From the NCBI GenBank assembly GCA_026991575.1, contig JALXBF010000016.1:62001-84815 (forward strand): DNA of 22,815 nucleotides. Direction: 5' to 3'. Positions 18,647 to 22,815 of this stretch are shown here, piece after piece. Below the pieces are notes generated by a model. The model was not told the origin of the DNA. It did not search any database and saw only the letters and a list, made by a program, of their open reading frames with translations. How positions within the stretch are numbered: the stretch's first letter is position 1; each line of letters opens with the position of its first letter. The position numbers were made by a program, and so were the translations under genes. The DNA is from Planctomycetota bacterium. GTDB lineage: Bacteria; Planctomycetota; Planctomycetia; JALXBF01.

Positions 18647-20491
18647 TTACACCAGTCCAGTGCCCGGGTACGGCACGCACGGCGGCCCAGGCTGTCGCAA
18701 CGCGTGCCGCAGGAACGTACGCCAATCTCTTGCATCGCAAGCTACGTGATTGCACGTGATGGCGGCGTCATCACATGAGATAGACCCACGGACAAGGGTA
18801 GGCAAGGTCTCTAGGTCAAGTGCTTCCCTAGCACAGAACTCGATTGCCTCCTGGCAGATGGAGGGACCGACTGGGTGCCCTGCTGGCGAAACCAACCGAA
18901 CCCCAGCGCCGGCTGCAGCTTCAAGCAGAGCCCGTGGACAGCACTCCAACTCAGCGTCGGGCGCGACCACCCAAGTGTTGCCGCTGAGAACGTCTCCAAG
19001 CCGTGTGACCCGCCTCCATTGGCCGGCATAAGCACGACCGCCGCTGGCGGCCAGCGCTGTCGACACGAGATAGCTCCCTTCTCTGTCGATGAGGATCCTC
19101 ACCGGCTGCTTCGTTCGGCCCGCCAGGCGCCGCGCGGTCTCGGTTGCCCGTTCGCCGGGTCCGCAACCGAACACCGTTACGAGCGGGGCGCAACTGGCCT
19201 GGTTGGGAGACGGCAGGCGAACGGCCGGGGGACGCATGAGCAGCACAGCGTGGATCGCCCGTTGTGTCCAGAGACGATAACGCTCCCGCTCGCAGTAGCA
19301 AACGGTGTAGTCGACGTTAAGTAGCACGGGCGGCATCGGACCACTGGAGCCGGGGACTAGCACCACGGGAAGATCGAGAGCGTGAGCTACTTCAGCCATA
19401 CCCTCCAGCTCCGGGTGATCTCCCACAAGGATAACTACGCTGGCCGCTGCCGACCGCAGAAACTCCCACCAAGCAGTCATCGCAGCTGTGGGCGAAAACG
19501 GGTCGGTCGCCGCCGGGCTCTCTGTTGCTACCTCCGGGTAACCGATTGCCTCGTTCCACAGAGCCCTCTCCGGAAAGCACCGGACATCAAGGCCATCTGC
19601 GCGTAGCATAGCCTGAATCCTGGGAATCCAGAGGAAGGCTTCAGAAGGTGTTCGCACCTCCTCTGGGAAGGCACCGATGACCACTGTCGTATTTCGAGGC
19701 GCACGTAATGTTGGCCTACTATCCGCGCATGAGTAGAGGGCGGGAGGAGGTACTGTGCAATTCCATTTCCTTGCCTGTGCACTGCTCGGACGCGGCATAC
19801 GGCTGCGGCTATTCGGGCGAATGTAATAGCGGCCACTGGTCTTTTCGACATACGCGAAGATGGCGCCACAACGTGCGAACCGCTGCCACAGTTCCCAGTC
19901 CTCGAGGCACCAAAGTTCTTCGTCAAAAAATCCCGAACGGTCGAGCAAACGCCGCGCATGGGCCACGCCAAGTGGCGTCGCAACGTTGCGACCCAGCAAC
20001 CAGGGAATTTCGGAACAAGGATAATACCGCGCCACGGGCACTGGTTCTGCCCCAAGCACATCCACGAAAACATCGTAGCCAAACACAAGCACATCGGCAA
20101 GACACCGCATCTGGCTCACGGTCTCAAGATAGTCTGGATAGAATTCGTCGTCAGCATCCAGATAGACGATCCACTCTCCCCTCGCGTGGTGTAGAGCTAG
20201 GTTTCGCGCTGCAGAGGGGCCTAGATTGACCCGGGTGCGAAATGTGCGGATCCTAGCCTCGTGCCGCGCGGCAGCCTGGACTAGCTCCCAAGTGCTATCA
20301 GAAGAGCAATCATCGACCACGAGCAATTCCCAGTGCTGCCAGGTTTGAGCACGCACAGACCGAATCGCGCGCAATATGGTGTCCGAGTCGTTCCATGCAG
20401 GGGTGACCACAGAAATCATCGGTAGCCGCTGTCTAGTTGCGGCGTCTAAGCCATCGTGCGCGTTAGTCGATCCACTTGCCTTCACGCCCAT
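18647..20491 (-). CDS. Two-domain glycosyltransferase: N-terminal GT2 (GT-A) plus divergent C-terminal GT4-like (GT-B) domain
   Basis: ISVVTPAWN, ELLVVDDCSSD, GPSAARNLAL, YLDADD (DXD) and EDWELWQR. The C-half has a GT-B-like E-X7-E (ECCPRALLE) motif. The start is 1 nt after the upstream stop codon. Confidence 0.85.
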   Translation of the reverse strand: MGVKASGSTNAHDGLDAATRQRLPMISVVTPAWNDSDTILRAIRSVRAQTWQHWELLVVDDCSSDSTWELVQAAARHEARIRTFRTRVNLGPSAARNLALHHARGEWIVYLDADDEFYPDYLETVSQMRCLADVLVFGYDVFVDVLGAEPVPVARYYPCSEIPWLLGRNVATPLGVAHARRLLDRSGFFDEELWCLEDWELWQRFARCGAIFAYVEKTSGRYYIRPNSRSRMPRPSSAQARKWNCTVPPPALYSCADSRPTLRAPRNTTVVIGAFPEEVRTPSEAFLWIPRIQAMLRADGLDVRCFPERALWNEAIGYPEVATESPAATDPFSPTAAMTAWWEFLRSAAASVVILVGDHPELEGMAEVAHALDLPVVLVPGSSGPMPPVLLNVDYTVCYCERERYRLWTQRAIHAVLLMRPPAVRLPSPNQASCAPLVTVFGCGPGERATETARRLAGRTKQPVRILIDREGSYLVSTALAASGGRAYAGQWRRVTRLGDVLSGNTWVVAPDAELECCPRALLEAAAGAGVRLVSPAGHPVGPSICQEAIEFCAREALDLETLPTLVRGSISCDDAAITCNHVACDARDWRTFLRHALRQPGPPCVPYPGTGLV

Positions 20492-20492
20492 G

Positions 20493-21341
20493 TCACTCGG
20501 TCAGTGTTTCAGGCATTGCACGGAGCCACTGAAAATAGATATCTAATAGCATGTGGTGTATAGAGCGCCAGGGCTTAGCAGCACCGATATCGATGTCGTA
20601 AGCGCGCAGCGTAATCGGATCATATAGGACCCTTCCTGAATTCTCAACTAGGCACACCAGCGGGCCACTAACGATATCGCCGAGGACAGAATCGACTCCA
20701 CCAACCCGAACGTGCACCTTGGAAAGCCGCTTTCTCCAGTCTTTGTCGGGAACCCGGACAGGCCGGTGAAGGGTCCAGGGGAACTCTGCCCCTTGGAGCT
20801 CCAGGCCCCAGGGGCCCGCAAGCTGACGGAGGACGGCCGACGGCCATGGCTCGAAGGCGGGGATGCCGGACTCAAAGGCGCAGCTCACGGGGTGGGTGAT
20901 GGGAAGTGCCCAGGGCGTGTCGGCATCCGCGATACGGCGGCGAGAAGCGAGTAGGAGTTCCGCGACCCACCGGTGGCACAGCGAGGTCGGTGTATGGCGG
21001 ACAAGAAGGGTATCTACGTGAGCTACATCGCAGGGCGACACAGCGGGGGTGAGCGCAGGCCGGTCGGCGCGTTCTGCGTCGTGCGGAGAAGTTCGGAAGA
21101 GGCGTCTAAGGTCGGGGCGAGTGAGGACGGACACGAGCACGTATAGCCACGCTGGGGATCCTATTACGATACCAAGAAGGCCGAAGAACGCAAGGGAAGC
21201 CGGAGAAAGCCGTTCCAGACTCTGACCGAACAGGTGCAGAAGAAGCAAAACGACGACGAAGCGAATTGGCAATGTCCACAAAGCGTACCTGAGCTTTTCC
21301 AAGAACCTGCTGAGCGACATAGCTCCTGACCGAATACTCAT
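20493..21341 (-). CDS. Membrane-anchored hypothetical protein directly downstream of the Rhs toxin; candidate cognate immunity protein (paralog type A)
   Basis: Two TM helices, HTPTSLCHRWVAELL, LHRPVRVP, and GPLVCL...VLYDPITLRAY...RSIHHMLLDIY. Alternative start at 21320. Confidence 0.72.
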   Translation of the reverse strand: MSIRSGAMSLSRFLEKLRYALWTLPIRFVVVLLLLHLFGQSLERLSPASLAFFGLLGIVIGSPAWLYVLVSVLTRPDLRRLFRTSPHDAERADRPALTPAVSPCDVAHVDTLLVRHTPTSLCHRWVAELLLASRRRIADADTPWALPITHPVSCAFESGIPAFEPWPSAVLRQLAGPWGLELQGAEFPWTLHRPVRVPDKDWRKRLSKVHVRVGGVDSVLGDIVSGPLVCLVENSGRVLYDPITLRAYDIDIGAAKPWRSIHHMLLDIYFQWLRAMPETLTE

Positions 21342-21416
21342 CTCGTTCGCCGCCCCCCGCTCGGACGACTGGCTGCGGGCCAGCGGCGGGTCGGTAGCCG
21401 GGTAGACGGGTGCGCA

Positions 21417-22815
21417 TCATCTTCTAAAAATACGCGTAGGCGAGTCGTCACTCCGATCGCCAAAGTAGAGCCACAGCGCAGACTTCGCACCGTACGCTCC
21501 GACTCGCATGGGCAGCTGCCAGAATAGCACTCGATCGAACCACCAGGCCCTGCGGTCCAAAGTCAGGTGCTTCGATTTCGCAACGGCAGACAGGTTGCAG
21601 CGTGCGTTAGCCAATTTCGGACAAACGATGCCAGGAAAGTGCACCCTGTCTGATCTCCATCCGAGCGACTTTGCAACTCGGGTGTCGTAGAGCCACCGCA
21701 GTCGAGATGGGACGGCTTTCTTTGGCGTACCCCGCAAAGGTATTCCATGATGGACGTGAATGTTGCTGTCCGTAACGCGCAGTTTGCTCCTGGCGAGGCG
21801 CCGAAGCCTTCGTGCCTGGCGTGGATCCGCAGCTGACTTGATAATGTACTTACCTGCCCATTTGCCAGCAAGCTTCCAGGCTGCTAGCGCGGCGTCTGAC
21901 ACAAGGCCTGTATACCAGCCTGCCTTGTAAGCGATGCTGTCGTCGTTAACATAGCGGTTGCCGCCATATGACTCACGGAACATGGACGTGAGCCCAGCCG
22001 TTAAATAGTCACCGAGGCCAGCCCCGTAATCGGTGAGTACCGAAAGAGCCCTGTCAAGAAGCGTGCCCCTGGCTATGAGATACGAGACAACACGGTCCAC
22101 AAAGCGATCGCCATTCAGCCCCCACGGATCCGCGATCACGATGGGACTGTTGGATACAAAGCGGTACAGAGCAACGTCTCCGGATCGGAAGCCAAGGGGA
22201 TCGGTAAGGGTGAACCTGCCCAATGCAGGGTCGTAGTAGCGCGCGCGGTAGTAGTAGAGCCCCGTGACGGGATCGTACTCTCGGCTGCCGAAACCCAGAC
22301 GATGCTGTTCCCGAGGCAGGTCGTCCTGGGAGGGCCTGCCAAAGCTATCGAACGTGAACCGGCGTAAGACACTGCCGTCTTGGGCAGCCCACCGGCGGAC
22401 CGTGCCGGCAAGATCTCGCAATGCAAAGCTAACAGCGCTGGTGGACTCTACCATAGCGAGCAGCGAATCTACCAGGTGCGTGTACAGTCGCCGGGCGGTT
22501 AGTTGCGGAACGATGCCGTCGGAAGTGTCCGGGTCCGTGAAGTCGGCAATCGGGTTGGCCGCGAAGATCGCGCTGGCGTAGATGCCATCGACATACGGGG
22601 CGAGCCCGCCCTGGGCGATCTGCTCGGCCGTCGGCGGCTGGGCCAGGTCATGCAGCACAAACGTGAACCGCTCCGGCTCTGGGCCGGTCGGGCCGTCGGG
22701 GTCCTCGTAGAAGGCGATCCGGCGGTTGAACGCATCGTAGACGTACGTCTCAGTCCACAGCACATTGCCCTGGCCATCCTTGTGCACCACCGACGTCAGC
22801 CGGTTGCGGTAGTCC
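21417..22815 (-). CDS. Rhs repeat protein, 3' part (runs off the window), with Rhs-associated core and C-terminal putative HNH/EndoVII-fold toxin domain
   Basis: FDSFGR, FGSREYDPVTGLYYYRARYYDPALGRF...DPLGF..GD..LYRFVSNSPIVIADPWGL (PxxxxDPxG cleavage motif). The tip contains HVHHGIP...ANARCNL...H. Confidence 0.92.
   Translation of the reverse strand, partial: DYRNRLTSVVHKDGQGNVLWTETYVYDAFNRRIAFYEDPDGPTGPEPERFTFVLHDLAQPPTAEQIAQGGLAPYVDGIYASAIFAANPIADFTDPDTSDGIVPQLTARRLYTHLVDSLLAMVESTSAVSFALRDLAGTVRRWAAQDGSVLRRFTFDSFGRPSQDDLPREQHRLGFGSREYDPVTGLYYYRARYYDPALGRFTLTDPLGFRSGDVALYRFVSNSPIVIADPWGLNGDRFVDRVVSYLIARGTLLDRALSVLTDYGAGLGDYLTAGLTSMFRESYGGNRYVNDDSIAYKAGWYTGLVSDAALAAWKLAGKWAGKYIIKSAADPRQARRLRRLARSKLRVTDSNIHVHHGIPLRGTPKKAVPSRLRWLYDTRVAKSLGWRSDRVHFPGIVCPKLANARCNLSAVAKSKHLTLDRRAWWFDRVLFWQLPMRVGAYGAKSALWLYFGDRSDDSPTRIFRR

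Overview
GC-rich bacterial DNA. The gene content (signal-peptide GH32, ceramidase-like+LamG protein, Zn-ribbon/DUF4190-like membrane protein, Rhs with DPDG loops) suggests a planctomycete; this is inference only. Bases 1-14.1 kb are mostly ordinary: a HIT protein, a DapL-like aminotransferase and a FolK-deoxynucleoside kinase fusion; carbohydrate genes (GH32, ceramidase-like hydrolase, TIM-barrel epimerase, Gfo/Idh/MocA oxidoreductase); a DDE transposase; and a secreted amidohydrolase. Bases 14.2-22.8 kb are an accessory polymorphic-toxin locus on the minus strand. The 3' end of an Rhs gene with an HNH-like toxin tip is followed by four highly diverged paralogous proteins (N-terminal TM anchor, shared LP/TPxx[LI]xxxWxxxL[LI] motif, SUKH/SMI1-like C-terminus; candidate immunity array), with a GT2-GT4 double glycosyltransferase embedded among them. 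After these come an IS66 remnant and a truncated Rhs fragment whose last 140 bp are 95% identical to the Rhs gene 8.4 kb away. An unannotated ~240-bp structured non-coding element occurs three times: once at ~3.15-3.39 kb behind ~22-bp-period repeats, and twice as an inverted partial pair at 15.0-15.4 kb. It has conserved hairpins and one compensatory base-pair change.
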